Below are positions 8,664-18,236 of a DNA stretch of 32,000 bases, piece after piece. Location of the stretch: assembly GCF_000011805.1 (NCBI RefSeq), contig NC_006840.2; one strand, written 5' to 3'. Source of the stretch: Aliivibrio fischeri ES114 (GTDB lineage: Bacteria; Pseudomonadota; Gammaproteobacteria; Enterobacterales; Vibrionaceae). The translations under genes and the position numbers were made by a program. Position 1 is the stretch's first letter. The number at the start of each line of letters is the position of its first letter. The notes beneath the pieces were generated by a model. The model was not told where the DNA came from. It made no database searches and worked only from the letters and a program-made list of their open reading frames with translations.

Positions 8664-11243
8664 ATGTATATGAGCACTGACGAGATCCGCCGTGCGTTCC
8701 TTGCTTTTTTTGAAAGCAAAGGACACCAAATTGTTGAGAGTTCTTCTCTAGTTCCAGCAAACGATCCAACTCTTCTATTTACTAACGCCGGTATGAACCA
8801 ATTTAAAGATTGTTTCTTAGGTTCAGAGAAGCGTAACTATACTCGTGCAACAACAGCTCAACGCTGTGTTCGTGCTGGTGGTAAGCACAACGATTTAGAA
8901 AATGTTGGTTTCACTGCTCGTCACCATACATTTTTTGAAATGTTGGGTAACTTCAGCTTTGGTGATTACTTTAAGCAAGATGCTATTAAATACGCATGGG
9001 AATTCTTAACAGAACGTCTAGAGCTACCAGCTGATCGCTTATTAGTTACTGTTTATGAAACAGATGATGAAGCATTTGAAATCTGGAATAAAGAAATGGG
9101 TATTCCAGCTGATCGCATCGTACGTATTGGTGATAACAAAGGCGCACCATATGCTTCAGATAACTTCTGGCAAATGGGTGACACAGGTCCTTGTGGTCCT
9201 TGTACAGAAATCTTTTACGATCACGGTGAGCACATTTGGGGTGGTCGTCCAGGTACACCAGAAGAAGATGGTGACCGTTTTATCGAGATCTGGAACAACG
9301 TATTTATGCAGTTTAACCGTCATGCTGATGGCACGATGGAACCTTTACCAAAACCTTCTGTTGATACAGGTATGGGTATTGAGCGTATTGCTGCAATTAT
9401 GCAAGGTGTTCACTCAAACTACGAAATCGATATTTTCCAAACACTAATTAAAGAAGCGGCAAAAGTAATTGGTTACGATGATTTATCAAACCAATCTTTA
9501 CGTGTAGTAGCTGACCATATTCGTTCTTGTTCATACCTAATCGTTGATGGTGTTATGCCATCTAATGAAGGTCGTGGCTATGTGTTACGTCGTATTATTC
9601 GTCGTGCAGTACGTCATGGTAACAAGTTAGGTGCTAAAGGTTCTTACTTCTACAAACTGGTTGGCCCATTAGCTGAAATCATGGGTACAGCTGGTGAAGA
9701 ACTGAAAAAACAGCAAGCACTTGTTGAAAAAGTACTTAAGATTGAAGAAGAAAACTTTGGACGTACACTTGAGCGTGGTATGGCAATTCTAAATGAAGCG
9801 CTAGATAACCTTGAAGGTACAGTTCTTGATGGTGAAACTGTATTTAAATTGTATGACACATACGGTTTCCCAGCTGATTTAACCAACGATGTTGCTCGTG
9901 AGCGTGAATTAACTATCGATGAAGATGGTTTTGAAAAAGCGATGGAAGAACAACGTCAACGTGCACGTGAAGCGGGCCAATTTGGTACTGATTACAATGC
10001 AGTAATCAAAGTAGAATCTGAAACTGTATTCCATGGTTATGATTCGACTGAAGCAAAAGCATCAGTAGTTGCATTATTCCGTGAAGGTGAAGAAGTTGAT
10101 GCTTTATCAGCAGGTGATGATGCGATTCTAATTTTGGATCAAACACCTTTCTACGCTGAGTCAGGCGGTCAATGTGGTGATGCAGGTATTATCACAGTTG
10201 AAACGGGTAAGTTTGTTGTTACCGATACACATAAAATCGGTAATGCGATTGGTCACCATGGTAAATTAGTAGAAGGTGTTCTATCTAAAGCTGATCATGC
10301 GATGGCTCAAGTTGATGAGACTCGTCGCGCAGCGATTATCTTAAACCACTCAGCAACGCACTTATTACACGCAGCACTTCGTCAAGTGTTAGGTGAACAC
10401 GTAACGCAAAAAGGTTCATTAGTTAAAGCTGAGAACCTACGTTTTGACTTCTCACACCTTGAAGCGGTTAAAGCTGAAGAATTGCGTCAGGTTGAACGTA
10501 TTGTTAACCAACAAATTCGTTTAAATCACACAATTGAAACTGACCTAATGGATATCGATGCGGCGAAAGAAAAAGGCGCAATGGCTCTATTTGGTGAAAA
10601 ATACGATGATGAAGTTCGAGTTCTTTCTATGGGAGAGTTCTCAACTGAACTATGTGGTGGTATTCACGCATCAAGCACTGGTGATATTGGTCTATTTAAG
10701 ATCACATCAGAAGGTGGTATTGCTGCAGGTATCCGTCGTATTGAAGCAGTTACAGGTGAAGCAGCATTAGATGCAATCGAAGCTCAACAAAAAGCGGCAG
10801 ATAAAAAGCTAAATGAAGCAGCATCAAAAGCAAAACAACTTGAAAAAGAAATTCAACAACTTAAAGATAAGTTAGCGTCTCAAGAAAGTGCTAGCCTTAT
10901 CAATAAAGTACAAGAAATTGCAGGAACAAAAGTACTTGTTGCTCAATTAGATGGTGCAGAAAATAAAGCACTTCGCGGTATGGTTGATGAACTTAAGAAC
11001 CAAATCGGTAGCGGCATTATTATGTTAGGTAATGTTAGTGAAGGTAAAGTTGGTTTAATTGCTGGTGTAACAAAAGATCTTATTGGCCAAGTTAAAGCGG
11101 GTGAATTAGTGAATATGGTTGCACAGCAAGTTGGTGGTAAAGGCGGCGGTCGTCCAGATATGGCTCAAGCTGGCGGTACTGATGCTGAAGCATTACCAAA
11201 TGCACTTGCTTCTGTTGAAGCTTGGCTAACTGAGCGTCTATAA
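8664..11243 (+). CDS. alaS: Alanine--tRNA ligase
   Basis: Colinear with E. coli AlaS from [24 protein letters not shown]. The track ORF starts 41 codons too early, at 8541. The ATG at 8664 has AGGA 8 nt upstream; an alternative ATG is at 8670. The product would be about 859 aa. Confidence 0.95.
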   Translation: MYMSTDEIRRAFLAFFESKGHQIVESSSLVPANDPTLLFTNAGMNQFKDCFLGSEKRNYTRATTAQRCVRAGGKHNDLENVGFTARHHTFFEMLGNFSFGDYFKQDAIKYAWEFLTERLELPADRLLVTVYETDDEAFEIWNKEMGIPADRIVRIGDNKGAPYASDNFWQMGDTGPCGPCTEIFYDHGEHIWGGRPGTPEEDGDRFIEIWNNVFMQFNRHADGTMEPLPKPSVDTGMGIERIAAIMQGVHSNYEIDIFQTLIKEAAKVIGYDDLSNQSLRVVADHIRSCSYLIVDGVMPSNEGRGYVLRRIIRRAVRHGNKLGAKGSYFYKLVGPLAEIMGTAGEELKKQQALVEKVLKIEEENFGRTLERGMAILNEALDNLEGTVLDGETVFKLYDTYGFPADLTNDVARERELTIDEDGFEKAMEEQRQRAREAGQFGTDYNAVIKVESETVFHGYDSTEAKASVVALFREGEEVDALSAGDDAILILDQTPFYAESGGQCGDAGIITVETGKFVVTDTHKIGNAIGHHGKLVEGVLSKADHAMAQVDETRRAAIILNHSATHLLHAALRQVLGEHVTQKGSLVKAENLRFDFSHLEAVKAEELRQVERIVNQQIRLNHTIETDLMDIDAAKEKGAMALFGEKYDDEVRVLSMGEFSTELCGGIHASSTGDIGLFKITSEGGIAAGIRRIEAVTGEAALDAIEAQQKAADKKLNEAASKAKQLEKEIQQLKDKLASQESASLINKVQEIAGTKVLVAQLDGAENKALRGMVDELKNQIGSGIIMLGNVSEGKVGLIAGVTKDLIGQVKAGELVNMVAQQVGGKGGGRPDMAQAGGTDAEALPNALASVEAWLTERL

Positions 11244-11255
11244 TAGGTCGTATCA

Positions 11256-12425
11256 GTGGCATTAATCGTACAAAAGTATGGTGGTACATCAGTTGGATCC
11301 GTTGAACGGATCCAATCTGTTTCCGAACGTATCATATCAACACTGCAGCAAGGGCATGATGTCGTTGTTGCGGTTTCTGCCATGGCAGGAGAAACAAACC
11401 GACTATTGCATTTAGCAAATCAAATAAGTGAGGTACCTGAACCTCGTGAATTAGATATGTTACTTTCAGCTGGTGAACAAGTTTCTATTGCGTTATTGGC
11501 AATGTCTTTAAATCAAAAGGGCATAAAAGCAATATCACTAACCGCTGACCAAGCGGGCATTCATACGAATAACTCATTCAATGATGCGACAATTAAGCAT
11601 ATTGAAACGGATCTTATCACTCAGTGGGTAGATAAAGGGTATGTCGTTATTGTAGCTGGGTTCCAAGGTCGAGATGACCAAGGTAACATTACTACATTAG
11701 GTCGAGGTGGTTCCGATACCACAGCAGTAGCGCTTGCCGCTGCACTAGATGCTGATGAGTGCCAGATTTTTACTGATGTTGATGGGGTATATACCTCTGA
11801 TCCTCGTTTTGTATCTAATACCCGCCGTTTAGAAGAAGTTTCTTTTTCTGATATGCATGCACTAGCAAAATCTGGAGCCAAAGTTCTTCAAGAGCATTCT
11901 GTCGCTCATGCTTGGAATTCATCGGTAGCATTGAGGGTACTATCCTCATTTGAAGATGGCGAAGGAACGTTAATTTGTGAGAATCCTAAACAACCTTTAG
12001 CGGTTACTGGATTAGCACTCAAACAAGATTTATCTTTGGTTGAATGTGAGAATATTTCAAGCGAAGAGCAAGCAGAACTCTATAAACAGTATAGAGTGTT
12101 AAATGAAAGATGTGATTGTTTTCAAATTGTTGTACCTAAAGCGACTTTTTTACAATTGAAGCTGGCATTTGATACTAAAATACGCAATATTAGTAGCTTA
12201 TCAATTCTGACGTTAGTCGGAGATAATGTTGAAGGGATGGCAGAGTCTGCTTGCAATCAACTATTGGCAAATGATATTGATGTTCATCAATATGATATTG
12301 AGCCAAAAAGTGTGTCGGTTATCGTAAATCAAGCTGATTTACACCGAGCGGCCGAAATTTTACATAAAACGTTTGTTATTACAGAGCAATCGCAAGATAA
12401 TGATCTTTTGGTCGCTGTTTCTTGA
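11256..12425 (+). CDS. lysC: Aspartate kinase (monofunctional, LysC-like)
   Basis: GTG start. The N-terminus MALIVQKYGGTSVGSVERI... and GFQG...TTLGRGGSDTTAVALAAAL are hallmarks of the amino-acid kinase fold. The alaS-aspartokinase-csrA order matches what I recall for Pseudomonas (alaS-lysC-rsmA) and V. cholerae. The symbol is less certain than the product. Confidence 0.8.
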   Translation: MALIVQKYGGTSVGSVERIQSVSERIISTLQQGHDVVVAVSAMAGETNRLLHLANQISEVPEPRELDMLLSAGEQVSIALLAMSLNQKGIKAISLTADQAGIHTNNSFNDATIKHIETDLITQWVDKGYVVIVAGFQGRDDQGNITTLGRGGSDTTAVALAAALDADECQIFTDVDGVYTSDPRFVSNTRRLEEVSFSDMHALAKSGAKVLQEHSVAHAWNSSVALRVLSSFEDGEGTLICENPKQPLAVTGLALKQDLSLVECENISSEEQAELYKQYRVLNERCDCFQIVVPKATFLQLKLAFDTKIRNISSLSILTLVGDNVEGMAESACNQLLANDIDVHQYDIEPKSVSVIVNQADLHRAAEILHKTFVITEQSQDNDLLVAVS

Positions 12426-12506
12426 GCAAAGACGTTTATGAAAATAAGCGATAACGGACGATACATACATTTATTATAATACTGAGATAACTCAAGGAGC
12501 ATTCGA

Positions 12507-12704
12507 ATGCTAATTTTGACTCGCCGTGTAGGTGAAACTCTGATGATTGGTGACGAAGTAACAGTTACTGTACTAGGCGTTAAAGGCAACCAAGTACGTA
12601 TTGGTGTAAATGCACCTAAAGAAGTATCTGTTCACCGTGAAGAGATTTATATGCGCATTCAAGCGGAAAAAGGTACACCTGCGGCTTCGCAAGGTAACTT
12701 TTAA
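12507..12704 (+). CDS. csrA: Carbon storage regulator CsrA
   Basis: 65 aa: [48 protein letters not shown]. This is essentially canonical CsrA. Confidence 0.97.
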   Translation: MLILTRRVGETLMIGDEVTVTVLGVKGNQVRIGVNAPKEVSVHREEIYMRIQAEKGTPAASQGNF

Positions 12705-12718
12705 TTTCGTATGAATAT

Positions 12719-12749
12719 AGGCTGGCATTGTCAGCCTTGTTTGTTTTTG
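12719..12749 (+). terminator. Rho-independent terminator after csrA
   Basis: Stem aggctg (12719..12724) / cagcct (12732..12737), followed by tgtttgtttttg. Confidence 0.6.
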
Positions 12750-12876
12750 TCTTTTACTCATTGATAAAAATGAACAAAATAAGAGACACAAATTCGGTAT
12801 AACGTTTTATTTTTATCCATTTTGGTCGTTTCATAGACGGTTAAACGAAAAAGCGTTATTTTTTACTAAGAAGTGA

Positions 12877-12904
12877 TTGACATATTTTTGGTAAACCGTA
12901 ATAT
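12877..12904 (+). promoter_or_regulatory. Putative sigma70 promoter of the tRNA operon
   Basis: -35 TTGACA (12877..12882), a 16-nt spacer and -10 TAATAT (12899..12904). An A/T-rich UP-like tract lies upstream and a GC-rich discriminator (gtgcctcctc) downstream, as is typical of stable-RNA promoters. It sits about 15 nt upstream of the first tRNA. Confidence 0.6.
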
Positions 12905-12919
12905 GTGCCTCCTCAAGAC

Positions 12920-13011
12920 GGTGAGGTGGCCGAGAGGCTGAAGGCGCTCCCCTGCTAAGGGAGTATACGGTTTATCCCGTATCGAGGGTTCGAATCCCTC
13001 CTTCACCGCCA
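12920..13011 (+). tRNA. tRNA-Ser (anticodon GCU)
   Basis: 92 nt. It has acceptor GGTGAGG/CTTCACC, anticodon arm CTCCC-CTGCTAA-GGGAG, a long variable arm, T-loop GGTTCGAATCC and an encoded CCA. Close to E. coli tRNA-Ser(GCU) as I recall it. Confidence 0.93.
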
Positions 13012-13064
13012 TTATTTGTTTATGTTGATATTTACTATCAGCAAAAACACAAAAGAATTATTGT

Positions 13065-13141
13065 GCGCTAGTAGCTCAGCTGGATAGAGTACCTGGCTAC
13101 GAACCAGGCGGTCAGAGGTTCGAATCCTCTCTGGCGCACCA
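13065..13141 (+). tRNA. tRNA-Arg (anticodon ACG)
   Basis: 77 nt: GCGCTAGTAGCTCAGCTGGATAGAGTACCTGGCTACGAACCAGGCGGTCAGAGGTTCGAATCCTCTCTGGCGCACCA. The anticodon loop is CT-ACG-AA. Confidence 0.93.
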
Positions 13142-13180
13142 TTAATTTAATTGATAGAATTTCTATCAGAAAAACAAGAC

Positions 13181-13272
13181 GGTGAGGTGGCCGAGAGGCT
13201 GAAGGCGCTCCCCTGCTAAGGGAGTATACGGTTTATCCCGTATCGAGGGTTCGAATCCCTCCTTCACCGCCA
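13181..13272 (+). tRNA. tRNA-Ser (anticodon GCU), second copy
   Basis: Identical to 12920..13011. Confidence 0.93.
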
Positions 13273-13322
13273 TTATTTATTGTTGTTGATATAAATCAGC
13301 AGCGATACAAAAGATTTATTGT

Positions 13323-13399
13323 GCGCTAGTAGCTCAGCTGGATAGAGTACCTGGCTACGAACCAGGCGGTCAGAGGTTCGAATCCTCTCTGGCGCACCA
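13323..13399 (+). tRNA. tRNA-Arg (anticodon ACG)
   Basis: Identical 77-nt sequence. Confidence 0.93.
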
Positions 13400-13466
13400 T
13401 TATTTCTTTTTGTAGTCATTTATTGGCGACAATAGAAGATTACAAAGACAATCAGAATTAAAGTGT

Positions 13467-13543
13467 GCGCTAGTAGCTCAGCTGGATAGAGTACCTGGCT
13501 ACGAACCAGGCGGTCAGAGGTTCGAATCCTCTCTGGCGCACCA
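13467..13543 (+). tRNA. tRNA-Arg (anticodon ACG)
   Basis: Identical 77-nt sequence, 144 nt after the previous copy. Confidence 0.93.
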
Positions 13544-13610
13544 TTATTTCTTTTTGTAGTCATTTATTGGTGACAATAGAAGATTACAAAGACAATCAGA
13601 ATTAAAGTGT

Positions 13611-13687
13611 GCGCTAGTAGCTCAGCTGGATAGAGTACCTGGCTACGAACCAGGCGGTCAGAGGTTCGAATCCTCTCTGGCGCACCA
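13611..13687 (+). tRNA. tRNA-Arg (anticodon ACG)
   Basis: Identical 77-nt sequence, 144-nt period. Confidence 0.93.
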
Positions 13688-13754
13688 TTATTTCTTTTTG
13701 TAGTCATTTATTGGCGACAATAGAAGATTACAAAGACAATCAGAATTAAAGTGT

Positions 13755-13831
13755 GCGCTAGTAGCTCAGCTGGATAGAGTACCTGGCTACGAACCAGGCG
13801 GTCAGAGGTTCGAATCCTCTCTGGCGCACCA
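13755..13831 (+). tRNA. tRNA-Arg (anticodon ACG)
   Basis: Identical 77-nt sequence, 144-nt period. Confidence 0.93.
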
Positions 13832-13898
13832 TTATTTCTTTTTGTAGTCATTTATTGGCGACAATAGAAGATTACAAAGACAATCAGAATTAAAGTGT

Positions 13899-14310
13899 GC
13901 GCTAGTAAATCAGGTGAGTAAACCACCCTTCTAACGACACTGGAGTGTGATGATGTAATCCTTTGTAGAACACCGTTATTGATTGGCAGTAACTTTGCTT
14001 GGGCACCTTTTTGAATGACATATACATGCTTAATATTAGACGCAGCTATTCATGACGAGAGAATAGATCCTTCTGTTTAGAATAAAAGAACCAGTTCTGG
14101 TTATATTTCATACTAAATTGTACATGGTCAGCTATATCAAAAGGGGAGCATGATGACAGACATCGGAAGTCTATTATGGGAAGCAGCTACTCTCATGCTC
14201 ACAAGTATGTGCGCTGCGTTTGCGTATCTAACCATCCTAGTTGATCTAGTTCAACTCATGTCATAACTATTGCCTGTGGAGCTACCGTTCGAATCCTCTG
14301 TTGCGCACCA
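13899..14310 (+). pseudogene. Disrupted tRNA-Arg(ACG): a 5' remnant (13899..13907) and a decayed 3' remnant (14287..14310) flank a 379-nt non-tRNA segment
   Basis: gcgctagta falls exactly in phase with the 144-nt array and then diverges from the tRNA sequence at 13908. At 14287, gttcgaatcctctgttgcgcacca resumes the T-arm and acceptor end, with 2 mismatches to the intact copies (ctctctggcgc versus ctctgttgcgc). The D-arm and anticodon arm are absent. Confidence 0.85.
14048..14286 (+). pseudogene. Diverged partial paralog of the oadG promoter, leader and first 37 codons (oadG')
   Basis: It aligns without net indel to 14814..15052. By hand I count about 27 mismatches in 239 positions. The ORF at 14153..14266 reads MTDIGSLLWEAATLMLTSMCAAFAYLTILVDLVQLMS*, against genuine OadG MTDIGSLLWEAATLMLTGMCVVFAFLTILVYLVQLMSK.... 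It ends at a stop where oadG has AAA (Lys). Weaker similarity extends left to 13908 (aatcaggt also occurs at 14715). Confidence 0.8.
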
Positions 14311-14377
14311 TTAGTTCTTGTTGTAGTCATTTATTGTCGACTATAGTAGATTACGTAGACCATCAGGAGTAAAGTGT

Positions 14378-14454
14378 GCGCTAGTAGCTCAGCTGGATAG
14401 AGTACCTGGCTACGAACCAGGCGGTCAGAGGTTCGAATCCTCTCTGGCGCACCA
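14378..14454 (+). tRNA. tRNA-Arg (anticodon ACG)
   Basis: Identical 77-nt sequence. The preceding spacer, 14311..14377, is a diverged version of the 67-nt spacer. Confidence 0.93.
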
Positions 14455-14518
14455 GTAGTTCTTTTTGTAGTCATTTGTTGGCGACCATAAAAGATTACCA
14501 AGACAATCAGAATTCTGT

Positions 14519-14595
14519 GCGCTAGTAGCTCAGCTGGATAGAGTACCTGGCTACGAACCAGGCGGTCAGAGGTTCGAATCCTCTCTGGCGCACCA
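14519..14595 (+). tRNA. tRNA-Arg (anticodon ACG), last gene of the operon
   Basis: Identical 77-nt sequence. Confidence 0.93.
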
Positions 14596-14605
14596 TTCTT
14601 TAAAA

Positions 14606-14634
14606 GAACCCGATCATTTGATCGGGTTTTTTTA
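14606..14634 (+). terminator. Rho-independent terminator of the tRNA operon
   Basis: The hairpin cccgatc-attt-gatcggg (14609..14626) is followed by ttttttt. Confidence 0.8.
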
Positions 14635-14802
14635 TGTCTGAAAGATAAATAGTTAATCAAATTGGTTGTTTTTAAATCGATTGATTATTCGTTATTGTTA
14701 GGTAACTTGATTGTAATCAGGTTATTTTAAAGAGAAAAGTGGCAGTGTATGGATATAACTCGCCATGATCTTCTTTTTTAAAAAGATTTCGTTGATTCAT
14801 AT

Positions 14803-14830
14803 TTGACAAATATATTCATGACGAGATAAT
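14803..14830 (+). promoter_or_regulatory. Putative sigma70 promoter of oadGAB
   Basis: -35 TTGACA (14803..14808), a 16-nt spacer and -10 GATAAT (14825..14830), about 90 nt upstream of oadG. In the paralog at about 14037..14064 the equivalent hexamers are degraded (ttagac / gagaat). Confidence 0.5.
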
Positions 14831-14918
14831 TGATCCTTCTTTTTAGAATAAAAGAACCATTTTTGTATAAATTTCATACTAAATTTTACATTGTCACTAT
14901 CATCAAAAGGGAAGCAAG

Positions 14919-15170
14919 ATGACAGACATTGGAAGTCTATTATGGGAAGCAGCTACGCTCATGCTTACAGGTATGTGCGTTGTGTTTGCGTTCCTAACCA
15001 TCCTAGTTTATCTAGTTCAACTCATGTCAAAACTATTGCCTGTGGAGCTACCTCCAAAGCAAGCATTAGCTGTTCAAAAAGTTCAGAATCCCGATCAAAC
15101 AACAGTGCAGCCTCAGATAATTGCTGCAATTTCTGCTGCGATTAAATTACACCGCGAAAAGAATAAATAA
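14919..15170 (+). CDS. oadG: Oxaloacetate decarboxylase (Na+-pumping) gamma subunit
   Basis: 83 aa with a single N-terminal TM helix and a C-terminal IAAISAAI motif. It lies immediately upstream of oadA and oadB, and AAGGGAAG precedes the ATG. Confidence 0.88.
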   Translation: MTDIGSLLWEAATLMLTGMCVVFAFLTILVYLVQLMSKLLPVELPPKQALAVQKVQNPDQTTVQPQIIAAISAAIKLHREKNK

Positions 15171-15206
15171 CTGTTTTAGGAAAATTATTACAAGGAGTTT
15201 GTAAGC

Positions 15207-16994
15207 ATGTCTAAACCACTTTCTATCACTGATGTGGTACTTCGTGACGCCCATCAATCACTATTTGCAACACGTATGCGTGTTGAAGATATGTTACCGA
15301 TTGCAGAACAGTTGGATAAAATTGGTTATTGGTCTCTAGAAACTTGGGGAGGCGCAACATTTGATTCTTGTATTCGTTATCTAGGAGAAGATCCGTGGGA
15401 GCGTTTACGATTATTAAAAAAAGCCATGCCAAATACACCAATGCAAATGCTTTTACGTGGTCAAAACTTATTAGGTTATCGTCACTATGCCGATGATGTA
15501 GTTGAGAAGTTTGTTGAGCGAGCACATGCAAATGGAATGGATGTATTCCGTATTTTTGATGCAATGAACGATGTAAGAAACTTTCAAAAAGCGGTAAAAG
15601 CGACAATCGACGTAGGCGCTCATGCACAAGGTACGCTTTCATACACAACAAGTCCTGTTCATAATACCGATACTTGGGTCGATTTAGCCAAACGCCTAGA
15701 AGATTTAGGTTGTCACTCTCTATGTATAAAAGACATGTCGGGTTTGCTTAAACCTTATGAAGCTGAAGAGTTAATCACTCGAATTAAGGCATCCTGTGAT
15801 GTGCCTTTAGCTCTGCATAGCCATGCAACAACTGGACTTTCTACCGCAACAGCAATTAAAGCTGTAGAAGCTGGTATTGATATTCTTGATACGGCTATTT
15901 CTTCAATGAGTCAAACTTATGGTCATACACCAACAGAAACCGTTGTTGCTATGTTAGAAGAAACTGGACGTGATACTAATCTGAAATTAGATCAATTAGC
16001 ACCTATTGCTAGTTATTTCCGAGAAGTTCGTAAAAAATATGCAAAATTTGAAGGTCAACTAAAAGGGGTTGATTCACGAATTCTTATTGCTCAAGTTCCG
16101 GGTGGCATGCTGACTAATATGGAAAGCCAACTTAAAGAGCAAGGTGCTGCTGATAAGATGGATGAAGTTTTAGCAGAGATCCCTAAAGTGCGTAAAGATC
16201 TTGGTTATATTCCACTAGTAACGCCAACTTCTCAAATTGTGGGAACACAAGCGGTGATTAATGTTCTTACTGGAGAGCGTTATAAGAGCATAACAAAAGA
16301 AACTGCTGGTGTACTGAAAGGGGAATACGGTGCAGCCCCTGCTGAGGTTAATGCTGAGTTACAAGCTCGAGTTCTTGATGGTAAAGAAGCGGTAACTTGT
16401 CGTCCTGCTGATCTTTTAAAAGCGGAACTTCATACATTAACTGATGAGTTACTGGAAAAAGCGAAAGAAGAGAATATTGAACTTGCTGAGCAACAAGTTG
16501 ATGATGTTTTAACTTATGCATTATTCCCTCAAGTTGGTTTGAAATTCCTTAAAAACCGTAATAATCCAGAGGCATTTGAACCCGCTCCAGGTACTGAAAA
16601 AGAAGCAGAGAAGGAAGAGGTCAAAGTCTCTGCGGCTAAAGGCAGTGTTGAAGCCTATAGCGTAAAAGTGGATGGGCAAGTATATAACGTTGAAGTTGGT
16701 CCTCAGGGAGTTATCTCTTCTGTTGAACAAATTTCAGCGCAAGCTGCTCCAGTTCAATCACCGCAACTTTCTGCAATGGATGCTGAATCTGTTGATGCTC
16801 CATTGGCAGGCAATATCTTTAAGGTATTAGTGCAAGCAGGTGCAGAAGTTGTTGAAGGTGATGTATTACTTATTCTTGAAGCAATGAAAATGGAAACAGA
16901 AATCAAAGCTTCACGTAGTGGTACAGTGCAAGATATTTTAACTAAAGAAGGTGATGCGGTTACTGTTGGTACACCGTTACTTTCTCTAGCGTAG
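15207..16994 (+). CDS. oadA: Oxaloacetate decarboxylase alpha subunit (carboxyltransferase plus biotin carrier domain)
   Basis: 595 aa. It has an N-terminal pyruvate-carboxyltransferase-type domain ([13 protein letters not shown]...), an Ala/Pro/Glu linker and the C-terminal biotinylation motif EAMKMET. Confidence 0.93.
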   Translation: MSKPLSITDVVLRDAHQSLFATRMRVEDMLPIAEQLDKIGYWSLETWGGATFDSCIRYLGEDPWERLRLLKKAMPNTPMQMLLRGQNLLGYRHYADDVVEKFVERAHANGMDVFRIFDAMNDVRNFQKAVKATIDVGAHAQGTLSYTTSPVHNTDTWVDLAKRLEDLGCHSLCIKDMSGLLKPYEAEELITRIKASCDVPLALHSHATTGLSTATAIKAVEAGIDILDTAISSMSQTYGHTPTETVVAMLEETGRDTNLKLDQLAPIASYFREVRKKYAKFEGQLKGVDSRILIAQVPGGMLTNMESQLKEQGAADKMDEVLAEIPKVRKDLGYIPLVTPTSQIVGTQAVINVLTGERYKSITKETAGVLKGEYGAAPAEVNAELQARVLDGKEAVTCRPADLLKAELHTLTDELLEKAKEENIELAEQQVDDVLTYALFPQVGLKFLKNRNNPEAFEPAPGTEKEAEKEEVKVSAAKGSVEAYSVKVDGQVYNVEVGPQGVISSVEQISAQAAPVQSPQLSAMDAESVDAPLAGNIFKVLVQAGAEVVEGDVLLILEAMKMETEIKASRSGTVQDILTKEGDAVTVGTPLLSLA

Positions 16995-17009
16995 ATGTAG
17001 GTATAAAAC

Positions 17010-18140
17010 ATGGATGGTTTATTAACATTATGGAATGAAACAGCCATTGCCAATTTTAAGTTTGAGCAACTTATTATGATGGCTGTGGGTTGTGGTTTGC
17101 TCTTCTTAGCAATAAAAAAAGGGTTTGAGCCGCTATTATTATTACCTATTGGATTTGGTGCAATTTTAGCAAACATTCCTAATGCAGGTTTTACAGATCC
17201 TGGCGGACTGCTTTACTACGTTTATTACGTAGGGATTGAAACAGGAATATTCCCGTTACTTATCTTTATGGGCGTAGGAGCGATGACGGACTTTGGTGCC
17301 TTAATTGCTAACCCTAAAACATTATGGTTAGGCGCAGCTGCTCAAGTCGGTATTTTTGCCACGTTGTTTGGTGCAATTTTACTTAACTATGTACCAGGAA
17401 TGGAGTTTACACTAGCTGACGCTTCTTCCATTGCGATTATTGGTGGAGCTGATGGTCCAACGGCAATCTTTTTGTCTAGCCAGTTATCACCAGATCTATT
17501 AGGTGCAATAGCGGTTGCTGCCTATAGCTATATGGCATTAGTGCCTATTATCCAGCCACCAATTATGAAAGCACTGACGACACCTGAAGAGCGCCAAATT
17601 AAAATGGCTCAATTGCGTCATGTTGGTAAAGCTGAGAAGATACTATTTCCATTAGCGGTATTACTAATGACTATTTTATTCTTACCATCTGCGACGCCAC
17701 TTGTTGGTATGTTTTGCTTAGGTAATTTAATGAAAGAGTCTGGTGTGGTTGATCGTTTATCAAGTACTGCTCAAAATGAATTAATTAATATTGTTACGAT
17801 CTTCTTAGGGCTAGGTGTTGGATCTAAGCTAAAAGCGGATACCTTCTTAAATGTAGAGACATTAGGTATTTTGGCTCTTGGTGCTGTTGCTTTTAGTATT
17901 GGTACAGCAGGTGGTGTCATTATGGCTAAGGTTCTTAATAAGTTCTCGAAAGAAGATATTAACCCATTAATCGGTGCAGCAGGTGTATCTGCCGTTCCAA
18001 TGGCGGCTCGTGTGGTTAATAAAGTTGGTCTTGAGGCTAATCCTCAAAACTTCTTGTTAATGCATGCTATGGGGCCAAATGTAGCGGGTGTGCTTGGTTC
18101 TGCTGTTGCTGCAGGTATACTTCTTGCGCTAGTTGGTTAA
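17010..18140 (+). CDS. oadB: Oxaloacetate decarboxylase beta subunit (Na+-translocating membrane subunit)
   Basis: 376-aa polytopic membrane protein, third gene after oadG and oadA, with typical OadB/GcdB-family sequence (GADGPTAIF..., MGPNVAGV...). Confidence 0.92.
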   Translation: MDGLLTLWNETAIANFKFEQLIMMAVGCGLLFLAIKKGFEPLLLLPIGFGAILANIPNAGFTDPGGLLYYVYYVGIETGIFPLLIFMGVGAMTDFGALIANPKTLWLGAAAQVGIFATLFGAILLNYVPGMEFTLADASSIAIIGGADGPTAIFLSSQLSPDLLGAIAVAAYSYMALVPIIQPPIMKALTTPEERQIKMAQLRHVGKAEKILFPLAVLLMTILFLPSATPLVGMFCLGNLMKESGVVDRLSSTAQNELINIVTIFLGLGVGSKLKADTFLNVETLGILALGAVAFSIGTAGGVIMAKVLNKFSKEDINPLIGAAGVSAVPMAARVVNKVGLEANPQNFLLMHAMGPNVAGVLGSAVAAGILLALVG

Positions 18141-18163
18141 TTTTGAACAAAACCTAACAATAA

Positions 18164-18190
18164 AAGGGTGCTGATGCGCCCTTTTTTATT
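18164..18190 (+). terminator. Rho-independent terminator after oadB
   Basis: The hairpin gggtgc-tgat-gcgccc (18165..18180, one G.U pair) is followed by tttttt. Confidence 0.65.
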
Positions 18191-18236
18191 TTATGCTTAC
18201 TGTTATCTTAGTATTTATAATGGAATAAATTCAATC

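Larger units (their letters stand above)
13323..13907 (+). repeat. Tandem array of 144-nt units (77-nt tRNA-Arg plus 67-nt spacer): four full units plus a 9-nt start of a fifth
   Basis: The spacers 13400..13466, 13544..13610, 13688..13754 and 13832..13898 are identical except for one substitution (ttggtgac at about 13568..13575 versus ttggcgac). The spacer can fold as a nested hairpin (tttgtagtc...gattacaaa enclosing tattg-gcga-caata). Confidence 0.9.

Noticed and set aside
13899-14310. The interrupted tRNA-Arg could be an integration site of a genomic island or prophage, or an intron-containing tRNA.
   Set aside because: The insert is only 379 nt. It encodes no integrase and has no flanking direct repeat of the tRNA 3' end. 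It is a paralog of adjacent chromosomal DNA. The break removes the D-arm and anticodon arm entirely (positions about 10 to 52) rather than sitting in the anticodon loop, so it is not a group I intron arrangement.
13323-14595. The regular 144-nt repeat/spacer periodicity could be mistaken for a CRISPR array.
   Set aside because: The 77-nt repeats are complete cloverleaf tRNA-Arg(ACG) genes. The spacers are identical to each other rather than unique. No cas genes are nearby.}
14331-14660. A 109-aa minus-strand ORF with the internally repeated peptide GAPERIRTSDRLVRSQVLYPAELLAH.
   Set aside because: It is the antisense translation of two identical tRNA-Arg genes, which explains the repeat. It is not a gene.
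14891-15145. An 84-aa plus-strand ORF overlapping oadG in another frame.
   Set aside because: The oadG frame (14919..15170) gives a typical OadG with a TM helix and a proper RBS. The alternative frame is Ser/Cys-rich with no recognisable features.
222-17176. Many 60-140 aa ORFs nested in or antisense to long conserved genes. Examples: 222..488, 729..959, 3455..3730, 6431..6667, 6958..7209, 7697..8169, 9046..9447, 9650..9886, 11092..11383, 11621..11881, 12329..12791, 15226..15651, 16521..17176. Analogous ORFs occur further right.
   Set aside because: Each lies entirely within a confidently identified gene on the other strand or in another frame. They have low-complexity or odd composition and lack start context. 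These are the shadow ORFs expected in AT-rich DNA.
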